A model generated the notes under the pieces. The model worked only from the letters and a program-made list of their open reading frames with translations. It was not told the DNA's origin and ran no database searches. From contig NC_087251.1 of NCBI RefSeq assembly GCF_037042905.1, positions 8,000,001 through 8,064,000 on the forward strand: a stretch of 64,000 bases of DNA, read 5' to 3'. Made by a program: the position numbers and the translations under genes. The stretch comes from Lytechinus pictus (Eukaryota). Numbering within the stretch: the first letter of the stretch is position 1; each line of letters begins with the position of its first letter. Positions 27,201 through 39,706 of this stretch are shown here, one piece after another.

Positions 27201-30200
27201 TATTGTCAAAATTAATTTAGATAAGCTTTGTCCATTCTATTTTTTTTCTAGGAATGTATTGAAAGAAGGATTCCAAAATCAGACATTGCTGCCGCAAAGT
27301 GACTTGTTTGATTGTGCGCTATGTACATGTGTAGCAGATTTAGACTGGGATGGTCAGAATGAACTTCTCATAGGCACTTATGGACAGGTAGGTCTATTGT
27401 TCTGATGATCATATGACTTCACTTTTTGGTCATCGTTGCTGACCATTATAATAAAAATGATAATGCAATTTATAGAACACATTAATGCACTGTGCAGTGT
27501 TCAAGGTACTAGTTGTTATTATTACCCTGTTTCAAGGAATTCCTGCTAGGTACTCATTTACTACATCTGTGTTAAGTGCAGCACAATATGGATAGATTTC
27601 TTGCTGGGCTATAGGAAATAATGCCATGGCTGAGATTCCACAACCCTCTCAATGAAAGGCAAGAGTGATGAAAAACCACTAGACCACAACTGATTAATTG
27701 ATCATAACAATGACTGATGCACAACACTTGTGCTCTTTCATAATGCATGTAGATTTTTTTTATTAGATCATTGCTGGATTAATTTTGTAAAGCTACTTGT
27801 AACAAACAGATTTCAATCATGATAAAGGTACAGAAATGTTCAAACTAAAAATTGAATATTGTTTTGTAAGTGTAACAAATCATGTCAGGGAAAGGAATGT
27901 GGCATAACAATAACACCTTGCAATTTTTGCAAATTTTTGTCTCACCTGAACGAAGTTCAGCAGAGACCTAGTAATCACTTTTTCTGTTGGTTGGTTTGTT
28001 AGTCTGTTAAAAAAATGTTAAAGTTTTTGTTCAACTTGCTCTCATTTCTTTATTTCTTTAACAATTTTGATCACACTTGGTTCAAATGATCCTTGGGTAA
28101 TACTGTGGTGCATATATTCATTTTTGTCTCACCTGCATATAGTAGACTTGTTAACTGCAAAAAAAGGGGTGAACGCTGCATTTTTTAGTACAAATGTCCC
28201 ACTTGGCACAAATGTTCCTTGAGTCAAAAGAAAAGGATTCATCCAAAGAGACACGCTGTATCTATGCAAATAAGCAAGTAATTTGCATAAATTTGCATAT
28301 TATGTCGATATAGTAAAAACAAGTATTTCAGAATAAATTTTTAACCAGAACTGCCCTAAAATTGGAAATAAAGACTTAGGGTAAGAAAGGGAAGAAAATT
28401 GTCATAAAATAATTGGGATATCCTTGTTTATTATTACCTAATTTACATAAATTATGCAAATTATAATTTAAAACAAAGTATTTTTTCATGAATCCTGAAC
28501 TGTTTTATAAATAACAGCAATTAATACACAATGTCAACATTCTACATGGAAGAGAATATATTAGCGAAAACATTGATATGCTTCATGACAGTATTAGTGT
28601 CTTAATTTGCTTAGAAAGAGGGCAAATATGTCAAAATGTATGACGTGATATTGCGCTAAAACGAGACCAAAACAACCTCTATATCACAGTCACACTCACG
28701 AATCGGACAATAAAGCGATCAATGGTATGTCATTGGAGATAACACAATCTCAACACAATAGCTTCCATCGGCTTCTCGTATCGCTTTTGTTGGTGTGTCT
28801 GCCATACCGTAATCTATGGTATATACGGGCAAAATGCATTTCGGTATCGGTAAAACACTATTAATTTTGTTTTATTTGTTTCTAATTTGTTTCTCTTGGA
28901 AAATCTACAGGAGACATTGCTTTGCAGGTTACTGCTTTAATGAAGCTCTGGCACATGAATCATGACGAACGTACCCCACCTCAATCCATATTTTAACTTT
29001 ATTAAAATATATATCTTTTGGAGACCCCGAAGTGGCAAAACTGCATTCCCTACAGCATTCCCGCTACTTTACAAAACCAGTTTGACTTGTATTATCGACT
29101 TGGAAAAGACAGAAGTATGAGACATCAGTTAACATGTTTCCAGAAGATAGTTTTTTATTTTTTATTTAAGCCTACGTCCATGGGAGCCCTCCGAATTTAC
29201 CCCATCCCCTCTCTGTATTTCGACACTACATAAAAAAAAAATATCGTGTTTTAAAGCCACCGGCAAGGCAAATTGCGTTTTTGGTATAATAAAGCAACTT
29301 TTATATCTATATTTCATATTTATCTATATTAATATTATTATTATCATTAATATTATTATTATTATTATTGTTATTATTATTGTTGTTGTTGATGTTTTGC
29401 AGTTTGTAATAATGCTCTAGCACAGTAAAGGCTATAACCCAACATGAGCATGCCTAGGATACCCTTTCCCCTTTTGGTTTTATGTATTCAAAAATAGTTT
29501 ATTGTCTTTAGAACTCATATCTTGGAATAGATTGAGGTGAAAATACTCTACAATTGACATGTAGAAGAGCTGTGGTACATTGAATAAAAGCCACACGTAA
29601 GCTCTAAAATACCCCTTTATTGATTCCACTCTATGTTAAATTTAAATATTTTTAGAGTCCATTCGGAAGAAAGATACATTTCTACTACACACAGTAAAGC
29701 CTCTTTACTTTCTCCTCTTGAAAAAAAAAACATAGAAGGCATTGTTTTATATCGCATAAAATAAGTTCGTGTACATGACGGTGGCCTGTCGAAGTTGCCC
29801 AACCCTTTATTTTGTTTTGACAATATATATTTAGAATATCGTCTAAATGAAGCCCTCATCTGGAAAAGGGCACTTATTAAAGGCAGCATCTACATTATAT
29901 AGAGGAGGCCCTGGTACTTGGAAGCGGGGGCTGAAGCACCCGCAAGATTTTTCTGAAGGGGGGGGGGATGTGCTGCGTGTGTTATTCTCCATAGACAGCA
30001 CCCCCTGGAATTCCGGCAGATGTGACAAAACGAAAAAAAAAAGAAACGTTACCAAAAAAAAACCCTTCATTTTGTAGTGCAATCCATTTTGTTTATTTGC
30101 TTGTTAAATTTCTTGATGTAAATTTGAAAAGCAAAAAAGTTTCAATGTAAAATTTTGGTCCGAAGAAATTTAACAAGCTTCAGTCCCCTCTTCCCAGTGC

Positions 30201-30740
30201 CAGGGCCTCCTATATATGGTGTAGATGCTGCCTTTAATAAGTGCCCTTTTCCAGATGAGGGTTTCAGATCATTTAGACGATATTCTAAATATATATTGTC
30301 GAAACAAAATAAACGGTTGAGCAACTTCGACAGGCCACCGTCACGTACACGAACTTATTTTATGAGATATAAAACAATGCCTTCTATGTTTTTTTTTTTT
30401 TCAAGAGGAGAATGCAAAGAGGCTTTACTTTGTGTAGTAGAAATGCATCTTTCTTCCGGTTGGGCTCTAAAAATATTTAAATTTAACATGGAGTGGAATC
30501 AATAAAGGGCTGTGTGGCTGTTCTTCAATGTACCACAGCTCCTCTTCATGTCAGTTGTAGAGTATTTTCTCCTCAATCTATTCCAAGATATCAATACAAA
30601 CAAAAGTAATCTTTTAAGAGTTCTAAAGACAATAAACTATTTTTGAATACATAAAACCAAAAAGGGAGAGGGTATCCTAGGCATGCTCATGTTGGGTTAT
30701 AGCCTTTACTGTGCTAGAGCACTATTACAAATGGCAGAAC

Positions 30741-30771
<31 letters not shown>

Positions 30772-33700
30772 GTAATAATAATAATAATAATAATATTAAT
30801 AATAATTATAATAATATCAATAATGATGAATGTAAATATAAAAATATAGATATAAAAGTTGCTTTATTATACCAATAAACGCAATTTGCCTTGCCGATGG
30901 TTTTAAAACACAATATTTTTTTTAATTTAAAGTCGAAATACGGAGAGGGGATGGGGTAAATTCGGAGGGCTCCCGTGGGCGTAGGCTTAAATAAACAAAA
31001 AAAAAATTCTTCAGGAAACATGTTGACTGATGTCTCATACATCTGTCTTTTCCAAGTCGATTATACAAGTCAAACTGGTTTTGTAAAGTGGCGGGAATGC
31101 AGGGGGATGCAGTTTTGCCACCTCGGGGTCTCCAAAAAGATATATATTTTAATAAAGTTAAAATATGGATTGAGGTAGAATACATTCGTCATGATTCATG
31201 TGCCAGAGTTTCATTAAAGCAGTAACCTGCAAAGCAATGTCTCCTGTAAATTTTCCAAGAGAAACAAATTAGAAACAAATAAAACAAAATTAATAGTGTT
31301 TTACCGATACCGAAATGCATTTTGCCCGTATATACCATAGATTACGGTGTGGCATACACACCAACAAAAGCGATACGAGAAGCCGATGGAAGCTATTGTG
31401 TTGAGATTGTGTTATCTCCAATGACATACCATTGATCGCTTTATTGTCCGATTCGTGAGTGTGACTGTGACATAGAGATTGTTTTGGTCTCGTTTTAGCG
31501 CAATATCACGTCATACATTTTGACATATTTGCCCTCTTTCTAAGCAAATTAAGACACTAATACTGTCATGAAGCATATCGATGTTTTCGCTAATATATTA
31601 TCTTTCATGTAGAATGTTGACATTGTGTATTAGTTGCTGTTTTTTAAAAGCAGTTCAGGATTCATGAATAAATACTCTGTTTTAAATTATAATTTGCATA
31701 ATTTATGTAAATTAGGTAATAATAAACAAGGATATCCCAATTATTTTATGACAATTTTCTTCCCTTTCTTACCCTAAGTCTTTATTTCCAATTTTAGGGC
31801 AGTTCTGGTTAAATATATATTCTGAAATACTTGTTTTTACTATATCGACATAATATGCAAATTTATGCAAATTACTTGCTTATTTGCATAGATACAGCGT
31901 GTCTCTTTGGATGAATCTTTTTCTTTTGACTCAAGGAACATTTGTGCCAAGTGGGACATTTGTACTCAAAAATGCAGCGTTCAACCTCTTAACAAGTCTA
32001 CTAATAGCTGAGTGAGACTATAGGCGCCACTTTTCCGACAGCGGCGTCAACACCAATCTTAACCGAAGGTTAAGTTTTTGAAATGACAGCATAACTTAGA
32101 AAGTATATGGACCTAGTTCATGGAACTTGGCCATAAGGTTAATCAAGTATTACTGAACATCCTGCTTGAGTTTCATGTCACATGACCAAGGTCAAATGTC
32201 ATTTGGGGTCAATGAACTTAGACCATGTTGGGGGAATCAACATCAAAATCTTAACCTAAGGTTAAATTTTTTAAATGTCATCATAACTTGAAAAATATAT
32301 GGACCTAGTTCATGGAACTTGGCCATTAGGTTAATCAAGTATTACTGAACATCCTGCTTGAGTTTCACGTCACATGACCAAGGTCAAAGTTCATTTAGGG
32401 TCAATGAACTTTGGCCAAATTGGGGGTATCTGTTGAATTACCATCATAACTTTGAAAGTTTATGGATCTGATTCATGAAACTTGGACATAGGAGTAATAA
32501 AGTATCACTGAACATCCTGTGCAATTTTTAGGTCACATGATAAAGTTCAAAGGTCAATGAACTTTGGCCAAGTTGGGGGTATTTGTTGAATTATCATCAT
32601 AACTTTGAAAGTTTATTGGTCTAGTTCATAAAACTTGGACATAAGAGTAATCAAGTATCACTGAACATCTTGTGTGCATTTCAGGTCACATGACCAAGGT
32701 CAAAGGTCAATGAACTTTGGCCATGTTGGGGGGGTATCTGTTGAATTACCATCATAACTTTGAAAGTTTATGGATCTGATTCCTGAAACTTGGACATAAG
32801 AGTAATCAAGTATCTTTGAACATCCCGTCCGAGTTTCAGGTCACATGACTAAAGTCAAAGGTCATTTAAGGTCAATGAACTTTGCCCATAATGGGGGTAA
32901 AGTTTATAGATGTAGTGTATAAAATGTGGATATAGGGGTAATCAAGTATCACTGACAAGTTTTAGGTCACATGATCAAGGTCAAATGTCAATGAACTTAG
33001 TATTGTATCATTATATGAATGGTGCTTCTTGTGAATAATTATTTTATAGTAGTTTTCAAAGTCAGCACTGCTGCTATATTGAATCGCGTGATGCAGGTGA
33101 GACCGCCAGAGGCATTCCACTTGTTGAATGAGAGCACCATTAAAAACCAATCAACAATAACCACATGTGTATTGCTGAGGATGATGGGGTCAGAGGTCAT
33201 CCGAGGGTCAAAGGTCAAGTTTTTGTTCAACTTTCTCTTATTTCTTCATTTCTGCATCCAATTTTGATTCACTTGGTTCAAATGATCCTTGGGTAATACC
33301 ACATGTGTGTTTTTTAGGATGATGGGGTCAAAGGTCATCTAGGGGTTAAACGATCATATTGCTTATTGATTAGGAAATCCCTTAAGTACTCCAGCCCCGG
33401 GGGGGCCACTTACATTGACGAGTGGATACCATGCGCGACCAAAAAAACACGTAAAAAGGATGTCTTTTTCAGGATAGGGCACGTTACGTACGTAACGTGA
33501 TAAGGGTGTCAAAAACACAAAAATATTGAAAAAAGGGTATCTATTTCGCTCGGAAAAATATACGTGTTTAGGGTCAAATATGCGGGGATGATAAAACAAA
33601 ATAAAAATGTTTTATAAATGATGTCCTTTTTGCCCCAACACTACGTGTTTAGAGTCCGATTTGCGCGAGGTGTGGAAGGTGAGGCCGTAGTAAACCAAAA

Positions 33701-35658
33701 TAATGGTGTCTAAAGGTAAAACCGACGACCGACGGACCCGTGACACAACAATAAAATATCGCTGTACTTGTTTAGGGGTTCATTTCAGGGAATACTTGCC
33801 AAGAGTATCGTTTTGTTTTTAATACTTGTTAAGGGGTGCATTTTCAGAATATGGAAAATACATCGCTGTACTTGTTTAGGGGCTCAATTCTGGGAATACT
33901 TTCCAATAGTATTTAATTTGTTTCCAATACTTGTTAAGGGTAGGGTTTCACACGCCAATACTTGTTAAGGGGTGCATTTTCAGAATATGGAAAATACGTG
34001 TTTAGGGTGCTTTTCAAGACCCCATGGTCGCGCATGGTATCCACTCGTCAATGGAAGTGGCCCCTCCGGGACTCCAGCTTGAGAGCCTGACATCTTTTCA
34101 TATAAACCACAAGCAGAGATGAACCACTTCAAGAATGTTCTGCTCATAGGGGTTAGATGGACATACAGACTACAGTGACATAACATTTACTCCTGCGACG
34201 ATTTCTCCGGGCTTAATTTCATCTAAGATGTAGGGTTAAGTTTGCAATAGGGTTTTCTGTTAGGGTTAGGTTTCAGGAAGGGTATAGTGTAAAACCAAAG
34301 GTTGAAGTTGATCATTCCATTAGTATGTGGAATTTAGAGCAGAGCAATTGCAGCGGTTGCAAATGTCATGGAACCATACGTTTATGGGATTGTAGATGGT
34401 TAATTTCTGTTCAAATGTAGTGTTGAAATGTATTCATCAGAATCACAGTGAGAGTAAATTTAGATATTGAATGATAGCCTTAGAAGTGTCACCAATCAAG
34501 AGTACTTGAAAATGGTCTTCAAGTCGACTAGTATCATTTCATGATATTTTTTATGTTAGTATATCTATTCACTGAATTTGCTCTCACAGGCACTTTTGGC
34601 TTACAAGTACATTTCACCTGAAAGTGCTAATATACCATCTACCAATGAACAAGCTAAATCAGATAACAGTCTTCCTGATGAGAAACCAACCAATGATGAG
34701 GACGGTGAAGGGGGAGGAGGGGGAGGTGGTGGAGGAAGAAGAAATGGTCATTATGAGTTGCTCTGGTCTAGAAGCTTTGCCCATCCGCTTTTAGCCTTGA
34801 ATCATTTTGATCTCACTGGTGATGGATTAAAAGAGGTCATTGTACTATCAACCAGAGGACTCCATGTTCTTCAGGTTGGTATGGTAGCTTTGAAAGTGTA
34901 ATGCGAAGATGAAAAACAATTGGTATTATAACTTATATTATGCTCGTATAATAGAACTATGGTTTCAAAAATAAATTTCTGACAACTTAAAATGAAATAT
35001 ACGCATCCAACCCCTTATCAATTCAAGCTCTCCAAAAATGATTCTTTATGGATCACTTCTCCTTTCTATTTCATTAAAAATATTCATTTACTTTCTTATT
35101 ATCATGCCTCAAGTAGTTCATCAAGGAAATTAAAAGTGGAGAATAATAATTGTCAGATGTACAAAGATGTTTATTATGTTGAAAAGTTATCTAAATTTTT
35201 AACGATATTCAATAATCAACGCTTGGGTAAGGAGGTTTTTTTTTGGGGGGGGGGTCTTGTTTTGTTTTGTTTTGTTTTAATTACAATGAAGGCAACATTA
35301 GATGTGGTAAAGACAATTCATGCAATACAAATTAAACCTGTGAAATTGCTTTTGGTTGCATTCGTCAAATAATATTGCTTCTAAATAGGTGAAATTGAAG
35401 AACAGAACACAGATCTTGAAAATCACCTCGTATCATGTAATAAGTCATAGCAGAGTGGAAAAGAGTTAGTTTAAAAGTATTATGAAAACAAATTTACATT
35501 GTATGATTGTGTACTTTGCTTCTAAATGTTTTTTTTTTCTTTTTGATGACATAACGCTTCTCATGCTATAATTGTTTATTCTACAGCATAATCTTGACAA
35601 GGCTGCACAGAGGTGTTTAGAAACTTTGAAAGAACTGAATGGAGATGACCCAACTTGA
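18032..35658 (+). CDS. KPTN: Kaptin, KICSTOR complex subunit; complete 470-aa CDS: join(18032..18248,18992..19077,19541..19628,20145..20199,21439..21514,21922..21992,22197..22303,25879..26098,27252..27387,34590..34874,35587..35658)
   Basis: Eleven GT-AG exons with compatible phases total 1413 bp and end in TGA. Kaptin motifs recognised: [103 protein letters not shown]. Confidence 0.97.
18992..19077 (+). CDS. KPTN: KPTN coding exon 2
   Basis: [32 protein letters not shown] flanks. Confidence 0.95.
19541..19628 (+). CDS. KPTN: KPTN coding exon 3
   Basis: [35 protein letters not shown] donor. Confidence 0.95.
20145..20199 (+). CDS. KPTN: KPTN coding exon 4
   Basis: [18 protein letters not shown]; long T-tract acceptor; GTAAG donor. 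Confidence 0.93.
21439..21514 (+). CDS. KPTN: KPTN coding exon 5
   Basis: [29 protein letters not shown] flanks. Confidence 0.95.
21922..21992 (+). CDS. KPTN: KPTN coding exon 6
   Basis: [29 protein letters not shown] donor. Confidence 0.93.
22197..22303 (+). CDS. KPTN: KPTN coding exon 7
   Basis: [40 protein letters not shown] acceptor. Confidence 0.95.
22733..24891. mobile_element. Non-autonomous TIR DNA transposon (superfamily unresolved) in KPTN intron 7
   Basis: Ends AGGGGCGATTCCACAC / GTATGGAATCACCCT flanked by TA; motif TGTCCCGTACGACAC repeated internally, including a ~20-bp tandem array at 24198-24312. Confidence 0.75.
25879..26098 (+). CDS. KPTN: KPTN coding exon 8
   Basis: [20 protein letters not shown]...[16 protein letters not shown]; phases match neighbouring exons. 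Confidence 0.93.
27252..27387 (+). CDS. KPTN: KPTN coding exon 9
   Basis: [45 protein letters not shown], with an FG-GAP-like DxDxDG motif. Confidence 0.96.
27453..27688 (-). mobile_element. Degenerate tRNA-derived SINE
   Basis: Minus strand begins GTGGTCTAGTGGTT (A-box-like) with a decayed B-box region and an AT-rich tail. Confidence 0.55.
28121..33125 (+). mobile_element. Helentron-type non-autonomous element (HINE, family 1) with internal ~150-190-bp tandem array
   Basis: 5' T-run + GTCTCACCTGCA, inner GTGAGAC, GCGGCG run, tandem units containing CATGACCAAGGTCAAAGGTCAATGAAC (32090-33000), inverted TGCAGGTGAGAC at 33092-33103 and 3' end GAGGCATTCCACTTGTT; no TSD. Confidence 0.8.
28140..32003. 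mobile_element. 3.9-kb foldback element with ~1.8-kb inverted arms; Academ-like termini
   Basis: 28140-29937 is the reverse complement of 30177-32003 apart from scattered differences; termini TAGTAGAC...GTCTACTA; 3-bp TSD ATA (28137-28139 and 32004-32006); the empty-site sequence is visible in the HINE copy near 50140. Confidence 0.9.
33396..34070. mobile_element. Non-autonomous TIR element with 8-bp TSD (superfamily unresolved)
   Basis: ~46-bp TIR CCCGG(G/A)GGGGCCACTT(A/C)CATTGACGAGTGGATACCATGCGCGACCA; perfect TSD ACTCCAGC; internal TGTTTAGGG/TGTTAAGGG repeats. Confidence 0.9.
34590..34874 (+). CDS. KPTN: KPTN coding exon 10
   Basis: ALLAYKY...[41 protein letters not shown]. Confidence 0.96.
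35587..35658 (+). CDS. KPTN: KPTN coding exon 11 (terminal)
   Basis: TACAG acceptor; [23 protein letters not shown] followed by stop. Confidence 0.9.
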   Translation, partial: HNLDKAAQRCLETLKELNGDDPT

Positions 35659-36128
35659 TGGGATGTATTCCAACAATTACCACTGTCATTTCAATATTAA
35701 TGCATTATTGAGATGAATCTTGGCTGTCAAGAAGAAACAAGAGTAACTATTGTATGGAGAGATGTACATGGAATGGAGTGAACATTGTTACGCATGGATG
35801 AGCATGAGAAATGACCCACCCTAAGGATGACTATATGATCCTCCTTGATGTCCACTAATGTACAACACCACTAGCCAAGTGCTTTTGCACCACATTGTTA
35901 ATGCCCGGAGTCCTGATCAGAATGCTGCATACTCTATTTTTCTTTTAAAACCATTTCTCAAGCATGGATGGGCTAAAAATTTCAGGATATAATCTTTATT
36001 TGAAGCAATCACTAGTGCATATAACATGGAGATACCGGGTCACTTCTGTGGCCATCATACATTATCCATATTGCCAAATTAGTCTCTTGCTTTTATTACA
36101 TAGACCAAAGATTAAACCCAAAACTGTA

Positions 36129-36986
36129 GGGGAAGGCGGGGTAAGTTGATCATAGGGGCAAGTTGAGCCACCAACCCCAGGCCAATAATGAATGAGTCAG
36201 ACATTGTGGTGGTGTCATGTATTGATGACCCATTGCGTAACCCTAACCCCACCACATTGTTTTCAACTTTGAAACAAATGGTACCTTTTTAGAGGGAAAA
36301 ATACAAATTTCAGCAAAAAAGTAAAAAAAGGGTGTGAAATAGATAAGTTCTTTTTACACACACGTCTTTAGATATAATAAAGATATAAGAACAATATTGT
36401 TAGTCCAGGTCTGGATCTTCATTCTTGTCATAGTCTTATGCATGATGGATGCATATTAAATGTGTGGATGTGAAATTGTCGCATTAAGTTCGAACTGGGG
36501 TAAGTTGAGCCAGCCAACATGGGGCAAGTTGAGCCATGAAAATTCTTATGGTAATGTATATATAAAAAAACAAACTAACTTTAACATGCCATCGATATGT
36601 AGGCAGAAAGGAGCAAATTTACATGACTGGTTTTAGAGGATGTTAGTATTTACAATGTATAGAGAATTAGCAAATGAAAGACTTTAAATAAAAAATTGAC
36701 ATGCCGGTTCCTCCCCCATATATTTTGTACGTAGTTTTTGTTGCTCAACTTACCCCAGAAGGTGGCTCAACTTACCCCCACAGATGGGGTAAGTTGAGCC
36801 ATTTGACATCTCTTTTTTCAAAGGTGACAATAACTTTCATTGTTGGGGTAGAAAGTTATATATAAGTGAAAAATATTTCAGAAGAATTACATTTTAAGGC
36901 AAGGTACTTATTTTTACAAGATTATTAATCATATCAATTCTAACATGCAAAAAGCAAAAAGTTTCACAACTTACCCCGCCTTCCCC
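36129..36986. mobile_element. Tc1/mariner (pogo-like) MITE just downstream of the KPTN stop codon
   Basis: Perfect TIR GGGGAAGGCGGGGTAAGTTG with TA flanks; internal GGGG(T/C)AAGTTGAGCCA repeats in both orientations. Confidence 0.88.
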
Positions 36987-37399
36987 TAACCTTTCATAAT
37001 TTTAAGAGACTTGACACACAACATTTCTTGAAAGATCTTTCCATGTCTCGATTAGGGAGGCAACTCCATACACAGGATGTCAACTTGATGTGGGATGCAT
37101 GAAAACAAGGGTTTGTAGAATCTTGTGATAGAAATGCCCCAGTACTAATTAGAGAGTAAGGGGGCAAAAGACACCTTGGGTAAACAATGAATATACAGGG
37201 AATAATTTTGCTTTACAAATTTAAATAGCATTTTTGGTCATAAGACAAAGGCTCTCAACTAAGTAATGTACAGTCCTATGTAAAAATATGCTATACAAAA
37301 GACTTAATGCATAGCAGTCTTTCAAAAATGTGGAGCAAATTGCGATTCGATACCAGGAAAATTATTCCCTGGTATATCCAATTATCCTACAAACGGGAT

Positions 37400-39398
37400 A
37401 GGCTAAATAGAAGGGCGGAAGGTAGCGGATTGAGTATTCATTGGCAACAAGGCCGTTTTTGTAGGAATCATATCAATAAATATAGACATAGATTATGATG
37501 TGACAAATATAATTGAGTATAAACGAAACCCTGCACAACTGTGAAAAAATCTTGAAAGGTTTCAGTGGCAGAAATGCCTGATCTTCCATTGAAAGATTTA
37601 GAGTAAATGACGAATACATTCATGAACCAATCGAGCTAGCAAACAAACTTAACCATTCATTTGCAAATTTAGGTGTTATATCTGAGGGTGCCCCTCAACA
37701 TTATGATGATGGTGACTTGCATTGTGTCTTTTGGAACCATTTGCATTCATGGACATAAGTTCTCAGCATGTACATGTACTAGAGTCTCTGAAAACACTGG
37801 GCATTGGAAAGGCAACAGGAATAGATGGATTGGACCCTGAATTGCTCAAAAAAGCCGCCCCAATTATATCTGAACTAATGACTCCGATTTTCAATGTCTC
37901 TCTTCAAACAAGGCAAATACCAAATGAATGGAAGACTGCTAATATCACACCTATATAAAAAAAAGTGGTAATAGACATGATCCTTATCATTATAGTCCCA
38001 TATCTGTTTTTCCCATCATGATGAAGGTTCACGAAAGAGTGGTTCATGTTCAACTTCATGCCCATTTAAATGATAATTATATATTTGTAAAACAACAATC
38101 TGGTTTTAGGAAAAACCATGTGACAAATACTGTTCATCACCTATTTTTCTGATAGTCTGTTGAAGCAAGTAGACCATGGCCATCTAACAGGTTTTGTGTA
38201 TCTTGACCTGAAAAAGGCCTTTGATTCCGCCAGTCACAAATTGTTGCTAAAGAAACTTCCTTTTATGGTGTTAATGACAGAGAGCTTACTTGGATTCAAT
38301 CATAATTACATGTATCTGGAAGAACCCAACATACAATTATCAAAGGGACCTTATCTGACATTACTTATGTCAAGACAGGTGTTTCTGCAAGGTTTGATTA
38401 TCGGGCCTCTACTGTTTTTGGTTATGGTGAATGATCGATTATCAGGCCTCTGCTGTTTTCGGTTATGGTGAATGATTTACCCAGCATTCTAGATATGTGT
38501 CACATTATGATATATGCTGATGACACTACTGTATTAAAGTGCTGAAAAAATCAAAGATATTGAATTAGTATTGAATAAAGAGCTTGAACTTGTGAATAAA
38601 TAGCTATTAAATACAAAACCATCTGAGGCTAAATTTATCTAAAACGCAATACAAGATTTTGGGATCTCCCAGGAAACTAAAAACCTGTGATGACATTAAC
38701 CTAGTTGTTAAAACCATGTCCTTGAAAGAGTCAACTGTTATAAATATATAGGGGTGTGGATGGGCCATACCATGACCTGACAAAAGAATGTAGAATCAAT
38801 GAAGGAGATTGGCTCATGGATTGCTCTCCTTGGAAGGCTCAGAAAATACCCCACGATTGACAGTTCAAAAGTGCAGAATGGTGTAGTGGTACCGCTTGTA
38901 CGCAAGCAGGCTGAAAAAAAAGCTCTCGTATTGCTGCCATTCTTTGGGATCAGCTTGATAGTGGTACCCGTAGTGCAGTTTCAAGGCACTCATTCGCTAC
39001 ATCGTACTGGAGAGCGTGAAACCACTACATTGAAACAACAAACCCCATTTGGCTGGTTCCAGGGTTCAAGCAAGTAAATACAAAATAAATTAATTGATAT
39101 GATCATAGAAAATGTATACTTGTTTGTATATATATATATATATATATATATATGCATACACACAATGTATACAGTATGTGAACATTTGTTCTACATACAC
39201 ACATATATTTCTGTGTGCATGTACATACCCTGCAGGTCGGTTGTCTTTATGAATATATTCTTTATTTGTTCATTGTTTCTAACTCTTATATACATGTATA
39301 TATGTATTTTGTTTACTTGTTTCCAGGGCCCCCAAGAAAAACAGTGCTGAGTCCACTGACAGGGTCACCCTGGGTAAAGAAAACCAAATAAATAAATA
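37400..39398 (+). mobile_element. Decayed CR1/L2-group LINE (RT pseudogene plus 3' end)
   Basis: KATGIDG, WKTANITPI, QSGFRKNH, YLDLKKAFD, GPLLF and YADDT motifs across shifting frames; 3' end CAGGGCCCCCAAG...CCCTGGGTAAA with (AAAT)n tail. Confidence 0.9.
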
Positions 39399-39427
39399 GA
39401 TATGTTGTTGCTATCCATATGAATATT

Positions 39428-39706
39428 GCCCTCTACCTTCTTCTTTACGTCTATATGTGTATTATAAAGGAATAAACCCATTCATAGACTTCACCCTTTT
39501 GTAGGATGTAGGCGTATATATAATATATATATATATATATCTTTCTACATCTGCGTTTAAGGCGAATTTCTTTGTCTTTTTTCAATGTTCGCAATGTGCC
39601 TTTACGCCCTCTACCTTCGACTTAATGTCTAAATGTGTATTATGATGGAATAAACCCATTCATAGACTTCGCCCTTTCGTAGGATGTATGCATATATATA
39701 TATATA
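39428..39706. repeat. Direct repeat, two copies ~178 bp apart
   Basis: GCCCTCTACCTTC...GGAATAAACCCATTCATAGACTTC...GTAGGATGTA+(TA)n at 39428 and 39606. Confidence 0.8.

Larger units (their letters stand above)
27935..33360 (+). mobile_element. Outer Helentron-type non-autonomous element (HINE/DINE-1-like, family 2), split by later insertions
   Basis: Starts TTTTTGTCTCACCTG...GAGAC followed by a (GTTG/GTCT) microsatellite; the unit TTTTGTTCAACTT...TTGGTTCAAATGATCCTTGGGTAATAC occurs at 28025-28104 and again at 33220-33300. Confidence 0.65.

Noticed and set aside
27620..27688. A-box-like sequence as a tRNA gene
   Set aside because: No cloverleaf, a decayed B box and an attached body and tail; better explained as a SINE head.
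29018..31185. Pairs of similar ORFs on opposite strands as duplicated genes
   Set aside because: They mirror the two foldback arms; frames differ between arms and no domain is recognisable.
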